DNA of 64,000 nucleotides from Candidatus Collierbacteria bacterium. Lineage in GTDB: Bacteria; Patescibacteriota; Microgenomatia; UBA1400; JACPES01. The position numbers were made by a program, and so were the translations under genes. The notes under the pieces were generated by a model, which made no database searches, had not been told where the DNA came from, and saw only the letters and a list, made by a program, of their open reading frames with translations. Of this stretch, positions 1 to 9,007 are shown piece after piece. The stretch covers positions 3,862 to 67,861 of the forward strand of contig JACRNH010000002.1 in the NCBI GenBank assembly GCA_016219325.1, written 5' to 3'. Position 1 is the stretch's first letter. Each line of letters opens with the position of its first letter.

Positions 1-150
1 CCGGTAATCTGCCATCCGGCGTTTCAAGTTCTAAATAAGGAAGGGGATAGACCCATTGAACGCCGGCCAGACAATATAGCAGCTTTAATTTTTCATGGAT
101 ATAGAATAAATCTGGCAGAGCAATCCGGCGATAGGTTTAAAGTCCTACTT

Positions 151-546
151 ATGGAAGATCCCCAGAAAGAAATAAATAGTCCTGATGCATTAAGCGTTTA
201 TTTGGCAACGGAATTGACTGATGAGAAGCTGGAGATAACAACTACGACAAGAAGGTACGATTTGCTTCCTTCAGTTGGCATAGTTGTTGACACTCACGCT
301 TTTGTCAAATCACTTACAGGAGAAGTTGACGATAGAGTTAATATTTTATCGAGATGGAACGATCATGAGGAACATCCATTGAGAAATTCTATTAACGACG
401 GACGAGGATATCAGCTCCCTTCAGTCACCAGATTGGTGCTGGAAGAAGAGGGGAAAATTGTAATTGATCCGGGATATTGGCGGAATGGAAGATATTATTT
501 TCGCAGCAATGAACCTTCTTTGGTAGCTTTGGCCGGAATAAAATAA
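151..546 (+). CDS. hypothetical protein
   Basis: 131-aa ORF with no recognisable motifs. Confidence 0.25.
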   Translation: MEDPQKEINSPDALSVYLATELTDEKLEITTTTRRYDLLPSVGIVVDTHAFVKSLTGEVDDRVNILSRWNDHEEHPLRNSINDGRGYQLPSVTRLVLEEEGKIVIDPGYWRNGRYYFRSNEPSLVALAGIK

Positions 547-1095
547 AAATATAGTTTTACTTCCTTCGGCTTCAATTGAAAAGGGTATAATAATTTAAAC
601 TCTTAGGGCTGTAGTGAAATGGCATCACAAATCTCTCCAAAAGATTTATTTCAGGTCCGAATCCTGACAGCCCTGCCGTTAACAGATTGCAAAGATCTCC
701 AACCCCGCCACTGCGGGGCGATTCCTTCCACCCCTGCCACTAATTGTCATTTTGTCATTTGGTGTACAATTAATAGGCAGAATGCCAATTACGGCTGAAG
801 ATTCTCTCAAACTGCCTCCGATTGTTAAGGAAATTGCCGGCGTTGACGATAAAAGACTTGGGGCGACTGCTTTGGCATACAATTTTCTTTGGCAGAAATC
901 TTGTGGAGCAGAAGAGGGCTTAAAAGAAGCTATAGATAGCTTGGTGACAAAACATCCTTGGCTGGAAACTCCAATATCAATTGATCAAGCTGGATTAAAT
1001 CCTTTGCAAAAAATCAGACTGTCGATTGAAAAGGAAAAATTAGCTCTTTCGGCCAAAGGCTTCAATCCATGCGCTGACCACAGTCTAAACTGATT

Positions 1096-1148
1096 CCGGT
1101 AATACCATCTTGACAATCAGTATTACCGACTGATAGTATAGTAATACT
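1096..1148 (+). promoter_or_regulatory. putative vapBC promoter/operator
   Basis: TTGACA at 1110-1115 with a TAGTAT-like -10 about 18 nt downstream. It is flanked by inverted repeats GGTAATAC...GTATTACC and AGTATTAC...GTAATACT, immediately upstream of the antitoxin ATG. Confidence 0.35.
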
Positions 1149-1433
1149 ATGTTCGGAACGTCAACAGTTACCACCAAAGGCCAGGCGACTTTTCCTCAAG
1201 ATTTAAGATTGATGCTGGGGATTAAACCCGGAGATAAATTATCTTTTGAGGCGGACTTGCAAACTAAAACCATCAAAGTAAAAAAAGCTTCCGAAAGTAT
1301 TGTTGACGAATTGTATGGTTGCCTGCCGTCAAAGATGGGTTATGTTGACATAAAAACAGTTAGAGAAGTAGCCGGAAGAAAGTTGGGTGAATTTTATGCC
1401 CAAAAACTACAGAAGCAGACCAAGAATATTTGA
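1149..1433 (+). CDS. AbrB/SpoVT-fold antitoxin (VapB/MazE-like)
   Basis: The N-terminus TTKGQATFPQDLRLMLGIKPGDKL is typical of a swapped-hairpin AbrB/SpoVT domain. It overlaps the downstream PIN ORF. Confidence 0.55.
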   Translation: MFGTSTVTTKGQATFPQDLRLMLGIKPGDKLSFEADLQTKTIKVKKASESIVDELYGCLPSKMGYVDIKTVREVAGRKLGEFYAQKLQKQTKNI

Positions 1434-1806
1434 CACCAATATTTTTCTTAGATTTATTACTGGTGATAATCCAAAATTCAGTCCAGAGGCTAAGCAATTG
1501 TTTATCCGGGCCCAAAAAGGCGAATACAAGATTTATCTTGACGAATTGGTTTTTGGAGAAATAGTATGGACATTGCAAAGTTTTTATGATTATACGAGAG
1601 AAGAAATACGGAAAAATTTGGGAAATCTCTTAAACTCTAATTTTGTAGTTAATCCCCGAAAAAGGCTAATGAAAAAAGCTCTGGAAAAATACGTGATGAT
1701 GACTAACTTAAGCTTTTCAGATTGCTGGATTTATGAATTATCCAATGTTGAATCTATGAGATTAGAAACATTTGACAAAGGCCTCTCAAAACAGGTAAAA
1801 AATTAG
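1387..1806 (+). CDS. PIN-domain toxin (VapC-like)
   Basis: The RIFDTNIFL N-terminal acidic motif and overall PIN pattern. The true start is probably the internal Met at about 1396. Confidence 0.55.
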   Translation: MNFMPKNYRSRPRIFDTNIFLRFITGDNPKFSPEAKQLFIRAQKGEYKIYLDELVFGEIVWTLQSFYDYTREEIRKNLGNLLNSNFVVNPRKRLMKKALEKYVMMTNLSFSDCWIYELSNVESMRLETFDKGLSKQVKN

Positions 1807-3095
1807 CCCCACTCCTTAATTTCCTCCTGCGGGAGCTTGAGCTTTTTGGGAGTGGTTAGAAGTAAAAAGACAGAGATTAGCGTAACTCCCAATCCCAATA
1901 TCGCAAAAGTTTTTTGCTCTCCGAAAAATTGGGCCGTCAATCCGGCTAATACCGGGCCGATGATATAGGCGATACTAAAAGTGGAATTGGACAATCCGAT
2001 TAAATGCTGATCCTGTTTCCCCATTCTGGCGATGATGTCCGAATAGACGGCATCAGATAAAGGATAGGCGATGCTTAACATGATGCTTGAAATCAGAATG
2101 ATTAAAAGTATTCCGGCCAAACTATTGGTAAACGCCAGAAAGGTTAGTGTTAAACCAGCGATCAATGTCAGGATTTCGGCAATTTTCTTTTTTCCGGAAA
2201 AAATCTTCTTTTTGGCTAAGAATATTCCTAATGGTATTGATGGAAGGGAATATAAGGGGATAAGCATTCCGCCCCAAAAACTTTGTTGGGCTAATGTTTC
2301 GTTCCAAACGGTGCCAGTCGTCCAAAAAACCGAGTCAATGATCCCCATAGTCAGGCTTAAAACTAAAATTTGCCAAACATGTTTGATTAAAGAAGCCCAC
2401 TTTTTGTATTCCGCCATAAAATTAATATGATGAAGTTCAACTTCCAGTGGTCGGTCATGGTGTCGTCTGACTGCGAGGGCAATAAACAAAGCGATTAGCG
2501 TGAAAGATGAAGCAAAGATTATTAATTTTTGGTCGCCGGCGCTGGTTAGCCAGACCGACAGCATCGGACCTAAGAAATATGCGACGCTTTTGAACATTGT
2601 GATCCATCCCCAAGCCGAGGCATGGCCATACCTTGGGACATAAGTGGCTACCAATTGATGATTGGAAAAAGCGATCAGCTCATAATAAATGCCCCAAGCA
2701 GCCATTGCTCCCAAAAGAATGATTATGAACGGCATTTTGGTAGCTATTAATAATAATCCCGCGAAAGCAAAACTGGTCAAAATAGCTTGCATCAATAATT
2801 TTTTGACTGTCATATTTTTTAATATTTGAGGAAGCAGAAAATCGGCTCCAAGTCCTACCAGCGAAGAAAATCCCATGACCAGGCCCATTAAAAAAGCCGA
2901 GTTCATAGAATTCTGAACAAATGTCGGTACCCAATAGCTCAAAATCGCGTCGGACAGGCTGATAAAGAAAATAACTAAAGTGATGGAAGCGATCTTAAAC
3001 CAGAAGCTATCCGGCTGGGCGTGGATTAGTAATTTCCGCAACATAAGATTTATCTTAACATGAAATTTGAATGAGAATATAATCGGTCTAAACAT
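1803..3095 (-). CDS. MFS-type transporter
   Basis: 430 aa with about 12 predicted hydrophobic helices and a charged loop in the middle. Confidence 0.5.
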   Translation of the reverse strand: MFRPIIFSFKFHVKINLMLRKLLIHAQPDSFWFKIASITLVIFFISLSDAILSYWVPTFVQNSMNSAFLMGLVMGFSSLVGLGADFLLPQILKNMTVKKLLMQAILTSFAFAGLLLIATKMPFIIILLGAMAAWGIYYELIAFSNHQLVATYVPRYGHASAWGWITMFKSVAYFLGPMLSVWLTSAGDQKLIIFASSFTLIALFIALAVRRHHDRPLEVELHHINFMAEYKKWASLIKHVWQILVLSLTMGIIDSVFWTTGTVWNETLAQQSFWGGMLIPLYSLPSIPLGIFLAKKKIFSGKKKIAEILTLIAGLTLTFLAFTNSLAGILLIILISSIMLSIAYPLSDAVYSDIIARMGKQDQHLIGLSNSTFSIAYIIGPVLAGLTAQFFGEQKTFAILGLGVTLISVFLLLTTPKKLKLPQEEIKEWG

Positions 3096-4020
3096 TATGG
3101 ATAAAGTTGGAAATGGGGAAAATGTAATTGAGGCTTTAAGAGCTGAATATAGAGATCAGGTAATAAAAGAAGTTTCGGTTAACGGTCTCCACGAAGCCCA
3201 TATTCATTTGATTGAAGGTGTTTTAGGAATTGACGATCTGATGGCTGTCGCCCAAAAGGCGGGAGTAGAGTTGGATAACCAAACCTGGGAATTTATCGGC
3301 GGAATAATGGGGGAAAAAAATCCGGCCACGGATCTGCCGTCATTTATAGGCAAACTTTGTACTCCGGGACTCAGGATCATTGAAATAGCCAAAATCCGAC
3401 AGGAATTGTTAAGAGCAGAAGATGAAATTAATCCAAAGCAGATTATCCGGGCCCAAAAAGACGTTTTAATAGCGGTTGAGCAGGCAGCATTGAATAAATT
3501 GAATAAAGCCGGAGTCACCAGCGTTGAAGGTTTTGCTTCGCCCCACGCTTTGACCGGCGACGGGGATTTGGCAGACCTTAAATATTTATATAACCAGAAA
3601 ACAGATGAAGGTCTGCCGCCATTTTTGGGAAACCTGAAATTGTTTTGGGACCAGAATAGCGGGAAGTTAAAAGAAGCCGGGGCATTAATGGCTTTGGAAG
3701 ATTATTTCGAGGCTTTGGACGAGGGGCGGGAGGAATTGGGATGGAAAAAATTGGATGAAAAATTTAAGACAGGCGATATTAAGAATAGATACGTTTCGTG
3801 GAAAGCTTGTTTAAGGAGAGAGAAAGGAGAGGGGGCGAAACTTGGAGATAAATTTGGGTTAACAGTGTCGCAGCTAGCAGATGTCTATCGATTAATTCAT
3901 CTGTATGAGAAAGGTTTGCTTGCTGGCGTAGATCTGGCCGGTAATGAAGGAGATGCTACAACAATGGCCGAAGTTTATCGGCCGGTATTCGTCGTGCTAA
4001 AAGGTGCTAAAAGAAAATAA
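3067..4020 (+). CDS. adenosine/AMP deaminase-family protein, N-terminal part (frameshifted)
   Basis: Contains HEAHIHLIEG (an HxH metal motif) and VDLAGNEGD. The ORF stops at 4018-4020 in an A-rich run. Confidence 0.5.
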   Translation: MNENIIGLNIMDKVGNGENVIEALRAEYRDQVIKEVSVNGLHEAHIHLIEGVLGIDDLMAVAQKAGVELDNQTWEFIGGIMGEKNPATDLPSFIGKLCTPGLRIIEIAKIRQELLRAEDEINPKQIIRAQKDVLIAVEQAALNKLNKAGVTSVEGFASPHALTGDGDLADLKYLYNQKTDEGLPPFLGNLKLFWDQNSGKLKEAGALMALEDYFEALDEGREELGWKKLDEKFKTGDIKNRYVSWKACLRREKGEGAKLGDKFGLTVSQLADVYRLIHLYEKGLLAGVDLAGNEGDATTMAEVYRPVFVVLKGAKRK

Positions 4021-4543
4021 TGTCCCCGACAGCAATCACGCCGGAGAAAAAAAGCTGAGTCCGACAATAAACTCGGATTTTGAAATTGGCCTGAACAATA
4101 TCACTACGGCGATTGATTTTGGAGTTGACAGGATCGGCCACGGAACTTTTTTGCTCTATGCTTATCAAAATTATGATAATCCGGAGCTTGGAGAAAATAT
4201 TAAAAAAGATCTACTGGAACTATGCAAAAAGGGTGATAAATTTTTCGCAAATGGTGGGATGTTGGAAATTTGCTTGACCAGTAATCAATTAACGAATGTA
4301 GCTGAAATTAAAAATCATCCGATTTTTGCTGTTTTGAGAAGAAACCCTGATTTTATTAATCATATTTTGATTTGCACCGATGATCCGGCGGTGGCAGGGG
4401 ACAAAGACCCTCTTTTTATTGAAGAATTGGTAAATTTTTGCATGTACGCCGGTTTGCCGGTTCCGGAAACACTGGCTAAGTTAAGGGCAAACGCCGGTAA
4501 AACCGTTTTCAGGCACATCGGGCCAGTTGACAATCCTAATTAA
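4004..4543 (+). CDS. adenosine/AMP deaminase-family protein, C-terminal part (frameshifted)
   Basis: Starts with SNHAGE (the HAGE motif), followed by RIGHG, ICLTSN and CTDDPAV. It continues the upstream ORF in the +1 frame. Confidence 0.5.
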   Translation: MLKENNVPDSNHAGEKKLSPTINSDFEIGLNNITTAIDFGVDRIGHGTFLLYAYQNYDNPELGENIKKDLLELCKKGDKFFANGGMLEICLTSNQLTNVAEIKNHPIFAVLRRNPDFINHILICTDDPAVAGDKDPLFIEELVNFCMYAGLPVPETLAKLRANAGKTVFRHIGPVDNPN

Positions 4544-4567
4544 TCTCTGTAATAATAGGCCAATTCT

Positions 4568-5179
4568 ATGAATTTCAGGAAATTGGGGGTTATTCTTTCT
4601 TCAGCAGTATTTTTGGGTCTGCCATTTCAGGTATTCGCCCAGGATTTAACTGTTACCCCGTCAACCCGCCGGGATAAAGTCGAAGAGAGGATGGAGAACC
4701 GGCAAGAGAAATTGCAGGAGCGGCAGGATAAAATGGAAGAGCGCAAAGTCCAAGTTGAAGCCCGCCGGACCGAAAAGCAAAAGCAAATTGTAGAGAGAAT
4801 GAAAGGGAAATTGGCGGAAGTGGTCGGCAGAATGAATAAAATCTCTCAAAAATTACGGGAACACGTCGGTAAATTGAGAAACCGGACCGCAGAAGCGGCC
4901 AAAAATCGGGGAGCGGACACGTCCAAAGTTGAGGCAGCTTTAGTTGAAGCCGAAAAGCATATTGGCTTGGCGGAAACCGCGATTGCCGAAGTTAAATCCA
5001 AATTATCCGAGCTTGATTCCGCTGATAAGCCTAAAGATACGGCTCAAACATTCAGAACCGGCGTTCAATCAATTCATACTCACTTTAAAGAGACAAGACA
5101 AAATTTAGTTTCGGCAGTAAAAGCTCTTAAAGACGCGGTAAAAGAAACCAGGCCGACGGGAGCGGCAGAGGAACAATAG
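4568..5179 (+). CDS. secreted coiled-coil protein
   Basis: Signal peptide MNFRKLGVILSSAVFLGLPFQVFAQ, then a highly charged E/R/K/Q-rich sequence. Confidence 0.4.
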   Translation: MNFRKLGVILSSAVFLGLPFQVFAQDLTVTPSTRRDKVEERMENRQEKLQERQDKMEERKVQVEARRTEKQKQIVERMKGKLAEVVGRMNKISQKLREHVGKLRNRTAEAAKNRGADTSKVEAALVEAEKHIGLAETAIAEVKSKLSELDSADKPKDTAQTFRTGVQSIHTHFKETRQNLVSAVKALKDAVKETRPTGAAEEQ

Positions 5180-5209
5180 CGTGTCAGTCATTGCGAGGAG
5201 CGAAGCGGC

Positions 5210-5476
5210 GTGGCAATCTATATGAAACAGGTATTAATATTAATCGCAACATCATTGATATTATCCGGCTGTTGGCTGAATAATTCCGGAGCTTGGAAAT
5301 CATCCGGAACTGCCGAACCTGCCAAGATCGAGGAAACTCCGATCGCGGCTCCGACTCAAACTGTGGAAGAATTGGGGGTACAGACAGATACGGTTTTAAG
5401 CGCGGAAATGGATGCCGACTTCAAGTCTATTGAAACCGACCTCAAGCAGCTGGACGAAAACCTAAAAGGATATTAA
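5210..5476 (+). CDS. small lipoprotein
   Basis: Lipobox LILSGC within the N-terminal signal peptide. Confidence 0.4.
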   Translation: MAIYMKQVLILIATSLILSGCWLNNSGAWKSSGTAEPAKIEETPIAAPTQTVEELGVQTDTVLSAEMDADFKSIETDLKQLDENLKGY

Positions 5477-6125
5477 GTATAAATTGAATAACAGGTCCGG
5501 TTAGATAGAAAATCGGCGCGGTCCCTCCCCACGGCAAAACCATCATAATTAATAAAATAGTTCCGAATTGGGCTTGAATCTGTTCCCATTCGCGGGCTAA
5601 AGATAAAGGGAGTATACCTGATAAAATTTTACCTCCATCCAAAGGATGAACCGGAACGAAATTGAAAACAGCGAGGACAATAGAAATAACTATAAAAGGC
5701 TGCAGGATTAAAAGGCCTAAAAGGTTAGAAGGTAAAAAGCGAAGTAGAACTGCCGCTAAAGTCGCAGTCAGTAAATTTGACGCCGGTCCGGCTATTGAAA
5801 TCAGCATCGCGTCCCGCCGCGGATTTCTTAAGTTAAACTGGTCGAACTGAACCGGCTTTCCCCAGCCGAAACGGAAAAGAATCAACATTAAAGTTCCAAT
5901 TGGGTCAAGATGGGCCAGGGGATTAAGGGTTAGCCGTCCCTGGAGCCGGGGAGTGGGGTCGCCGAGGCGGTCCGCGGCCCAAGCGTGGGCGAATTCATGA
6001 ATTGTAATTGCGGCTGCGATCGCCAAAAGCGAAATCAAAAACGACAATGGCGAACTGATTAGAGTGTCTATCATTAATAATTTGATAAATAATATATACC
6101 AATATGTACCAATGATAAATGACAA
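5442..6125 (-). CDS. M50-family (site-2 protease-like) metalloprotease
   Basis: HEFAH zinc motif in a TM helix and NFVPVHPLDGG (the LDG motif); polytopic membrane protein. Confidence 0.6.
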   Translation of the reverse strand: MSFIIGTYWYILFIKLLMIDTLISSPLSFLISLLAIAAAITIHEFAHAWAADRLGDPTPRLQGRLTLNPLAHLDPIGTLMLILFRFGWGKPVQFDQFNLRNPRRDAMLISIAGPASNLLTATLAAVLLRFLPSNLLGLLILQPFIVISIVLAVFNFVPVHPLDGGKILSGILPLSLAREWEQIQAQFGTILLIMMVLPWGGTAPIFYLTGPVIQFILNILLGFRPAA

Positions 6126-6228
6126 ATGTCAGATAAAAAATTCGACGTTCTTTTATTAGTGCAGATTAGTACATATTTGTATATATTTGTCATTTTAATT
6201 CCGTTATATACCAATGATAAATGACAAA

Positions 6229-6633
6229 CTAAAGACTTTTATCTGTGAATTTCTTGTTTTTAGTATTTTTGATTATAGCGCTAAATATTTTTATTAACTG
6301 GTCAGCTTCTTCTATCAAAGAATCTACTTCAATTTCAGGCATAATGCTTCTAAAAATTCTTAGCCAATAATGACTTTCTTTTGCTTCCCGTTTGGTTAAC
6401 TCGTATTTGTAAATAAAATCATTTGTACTTGATGCCCCATCAGTTTCTTGGTCATTTGCTCCCGTTGACGTTACTGCTCTTGTTAGTTGCCCAACGATTA
6501 TTTTATTTCGTGGGCTATAGGGGATTTTATCTAAAAGTCTCAAGACGCTGACAACCCAGCTAAATACGCGATCATGAATGTTCCGTATCTGCTTGCTATT
6601 TGTCATTTGTGCAGATTGGTGCAGATTTATCAT
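6229..6633 (-). CDS. four-helix-bundle protein (23S rRNA IVS-protein family)
   Basis: GQLTRAVTSTGANDQE...STNDFIYKYELTKREAKESHYWLRI pattern. The likely start is the internal Met at 6606 (MTNSKQIRN). Confidence 0.5.
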   Translation of the reverse strand: MINLHQSAQMTNSKQIRNIHDRVFSWVVSVLRLLDKIPYSPRNKIIVGQLTRAVTSTGANDQETDGASSTNDFIYKYELTKREAKESHYWLRIFRSIMPEIEVDSLIEEADQLIKIFSAIIKNTKNKKFTDKSL

Positions 6634-6658
6634 TATTCATTATGCTATCATATCTATT

Positions 6659-6859
6659 ATGTCTTTAACTTGCGATTCCTGCGGAAAGGGTTATCAGCGC
6701 GGCCATAGCGTATCTCACGCTAAAAACCGCCATCTGCGGATCTTTAAACCCAATTTGCACCGTCATCTGGGCCGCTTACTCTGCACCCGCTGCATTAAGA
6801 AATCCAAGAATCAACCTGCCGGAAAGGAGCAAGATAAAAATGAGCGTCAGGGAATGTAA
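6659..6859 (+). CDS. rpmB: 50S ribosomal protein L28
   Basis: CDSCGKGYQRGHSVSHAKNRHLRIFKPNLHRH matches the L28 signature (C..CGK...G..VSHA.N...R.F.PNL). The in-frame ATG at 6659 gives about 66 aa; the tracked ORF start at 6578 is probably an upstream extension. Confidence 0.6.
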   Translation: MSLTCDSCGKGYQRGHSVSHAKNRHLRIFKPNLHRHLGRLLCTRCIKKSKNQPAGKEQDKNERQGM

Positions 6860-7124
6860 AGCTAAAATGTGTTCCGTCACAGAATCCCTGCTGCAAGATT
6901 GGACTGGTTATTTTCATTGTCTGGCTACGGCCGGCCCGGTGGTATTTAATCGATGTCCGGATTGTTTGGCCGGAACTTTACTGGCCGAACTGGGACAGTC
7001 GGTTGAAACGCTGGCGGAACTTCGCGACGGAATTTCGTTATTGAAGAAACCCGCCCACCCGAGTTTCAACGAAGGCCACGACGGAATGATATTGTCGGGA
7101 TAATTTTTCTGGTATTATCTTCCC

Positions 7125-7628
7125 ATGCCCGAATCCGCCGCCGAACCAACTCCAAATTATCCGAGCGAAGTTGATAGGGAAAATTACCTTGATAGTCTTG
7201 AACAAGCAGATCAACATAATGTTGAAGCTGTCTCCGATGCGTTTTTATCTCATCTTACAAAAAACGGTAAAACAGGGATTTTGATCGCAGTCGGAGGAAC
7301 TGTCAAATCCGCGACTTTTGGCATTCCCAGAGAAGACGTGGACTTATTAGCTGTAATTAATGGAGCAAATGATTTTGATGATTGGTTAGAGCAAATTAAA
7401 CAGGTTAGTCAAGAAACAGGAATAGCCGTTAGTAAGGTTCTAAAACCGGTTCCGGATAGAGAGTATGATATTCCTAACTTTAACATACATGACGGATCTG
7501 TGGAATTAGCGCCCGATTTGGGAGTTCCGATTGAAATTGTCAATACCGAGGTATGGAAAAATGTAGAAACAGCGCTGGAGGAGCTTCGGGCAGAAGCGTC
7601 GTCGTTTAGTGTCTTAGCGCAATCTTGA
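7125..7628 (+). CDS. hypothetical protein
   Basis: 167-aa acidic ORF, no motifs recognised. Confidence 0.3.
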   Translation: MPESAAEPTPNYPSEVDRENYLDSLEQADQHNVEAVSDAFLSHLTKNGKTGILIAVGGTVKSATFGIPREDVDLLAVINGANDFDDWLEQIKQVSQETGIAVSKVLKPVPDREYDIPNFNIHDGSVELAPDLGVPIEIVNTEVWKNVETALEELRAEASSFSVLAQS

Positions 7629-7982
7629 CCTCGATTTTTTCGGTCCGTGGACCAGAGAGGGGAGAACTACCAATACTCCGGCAAGCAGTAAAATCGAAAG
7701 CGACAAATAAAACATGGCTAAAACCTCGGTCATAATATTTTTTGAGCTATAGATATGCTGATTATCCAAAACACAATTGTAACAACTAGTCCCCATCCTA
7801 TCAGGAGCGGATTACTTTTGTCAACTAAAGCGGGGATTACCACCGTCCCTAAAGAAATTTGAGCGCTTTCGGCCAATATTGACGAAATTCTCTCCAGCGC
7901 GGCATTGGTTAATCTACGTTTAGCCGGCACAAGCAAAACTAGGGTTTGATACATGAATATAATCTTATCAGATAATTATGTA

Positions 7983-8984
7983 TTAAATAAATTCTATCCC
8001 CGGATGTCCCGCCAGAAACGCCTTCCAACTAATCGGATTTTTGCCGGGCAGTTGGACCTCGTCGATTACTAAATAATTCTGAATTCTGAATTCTGAATTC
8101 TGAATTGGCTCAATATGGGATTTATTAATTATTATTCTGACAGTTTTGAATTTTGAATTTTGAGTTTTGAATTTGGAGTTAGTCCACGCCCCCGGCCACG
8201 GCGTTATTGCTCTTATAAATCTTTCTATCTCAACTGGCGTTTTTTTCCAGTCAATCTGGCCCGAGTCTTTGGTAAGTCTATGGGTGTAAGAAGTGGGAGA
8301 CTTTTCCGGCTGCTTAACTTCATTAATTTGTCCATTTTCTAATTTTTTAAGCGTTTCAACAATCAATTTACCGCCGAGTATTCCGAGGCGGCGAGTTAAT
8401 GTTTCCCGCGTATCTTCGGACGAACCCGATTTTTTTCTCTGGAAAAAATCGCCGGTACGCCCGAACCCCGAAGGATCGCTCTTTACGGGCGTGGACGTAG
8501 ACCACGACGTAAAGGTAGATTCCTTCTGGGGTGGTTGTGAAATTTTCAGCGATCTTTGTCCCAGCACCGGTCCCAAATCAATTTCTTCCGTCATTTTCAT
8601 AATCGAAACCCCGGTTTCTTTGTCTCCATTTGCCATCGCTCCGAAAACAGGCGAAGCTCCGCGCCAGCGCGGCAAGAGCGAGGCGTGGACATTTAAACAA
8701 CCGTATTTTGGCCAGTTCAGAATTTCGTTGGGAAGAAACGGCGGCCCGAAGGCAGCGAGAACAATAGCATCTGGGGTGTCGCTAACCGATAAGCGCGAAC
8801 CGATAAACGTCCCCCGAAGAGAAGCAATAGAGATATCTTCATTCCGGTTAACGATTAGCGATTGACGATTAATGATGTTTTTTTGTTTCGCGACGACGAT
8901 TGGCACCTCATGTCCCGCTTCCAGCAACGCCTCCAGCACCGGCGGCGAAAACCATGGATCGGATCCAAAGAAAATAATCTTCAT
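7983..8984 (-). CDS. fmt: methionyl-tRNA formyltransferase
   Basis: MKIIFFGS N-terminus and the HASLLPRWRGASP signature. It carries an S/T-rich insertion of about 40 aa and a C-terminus encoded by heptamer repeats. Confidence 0.7.
   Translation of the reverse strand: MKIIFFGSDPWFSPPVLEALLEAGHEVPIVVAKQKNIINRQSLIVNRNEDISIASLRGTFIGSRLSVSDTPDAIVLAAFGPPFLPNEILNWPKYGCLNVHASLLPRWRGASPVFGAMANGDKETGVSIMKMTEEIDLGPVLGQRSLKISQPPQKESTFTSWSTSTPVKSDPSGFGRTGDFFQRKKSGSSEDTRETLTRRLGILGGKLIVETLKKLENGQINEVKQPEKSPTSYTHRLTKDSGQIDWKKTPVEIERFIRAITPWPGAWTNSKFKTQNSKFKTVRIIINKSHIEPIQNSEFRIQNYLVIDEVQLPGKNPISWKAFLAGHPGIEFI
8074..8107. repeat. (TGAATTC)n heptamer tandem repeat inside the fmt 3' end
   Basis: aattctgaattctgaattctgaattctgaatt is visible in the sequence. 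A (TGAATTT)n run follows at 8144-8176. Confidence 0.8.
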
Positions 8985-9007
8985 ATCTTTAATTATAGCC
9001 CCGCAAT

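Noticed and set aside
607-674. tRNA-like candidate: the 68-nt segment is closed by a perfect 7-bp helix (GGGCTGT...ACAGCCC) and contains a TCAGG-TCCGAAT-CCTGA hairpin resembling a T-arm
   Set aside because: It is too short for a tRNA. Position 8 is A not U, no D-stem pairing can be drawn, and the anticodon-arm loop would be 9 nt. It may be a small structured RNA or a terminator-like element, but I cannot support a tRNA call.
752-1093. 113-aa ORF and the opposing 67-aa ORF (679-882) as genes
   Set aside because: They overlap each other and a GC-rich, hairpin-rich intergenic-looking segment (547-750). No motifs were found, so I could not decide which, if either, is real.
7614-7954. Two overlapping small hydrophobic ORFs (60 and 74 aa) as a frameshifted membrane-protein gene
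   Set aside because: There are no family motifs, and each ORF alone is plausible as a small membrane protein. A frameshift is not demonstrable by eye.
8293-8865. 190-aa ORF on the plus strand
   Set aside because: It lies entirely antisense to fmt, whose identity is well supported by the HASLLPRWRGASP signature. It is most likely a shadow ORF in the relatively GC-rich insertion region.
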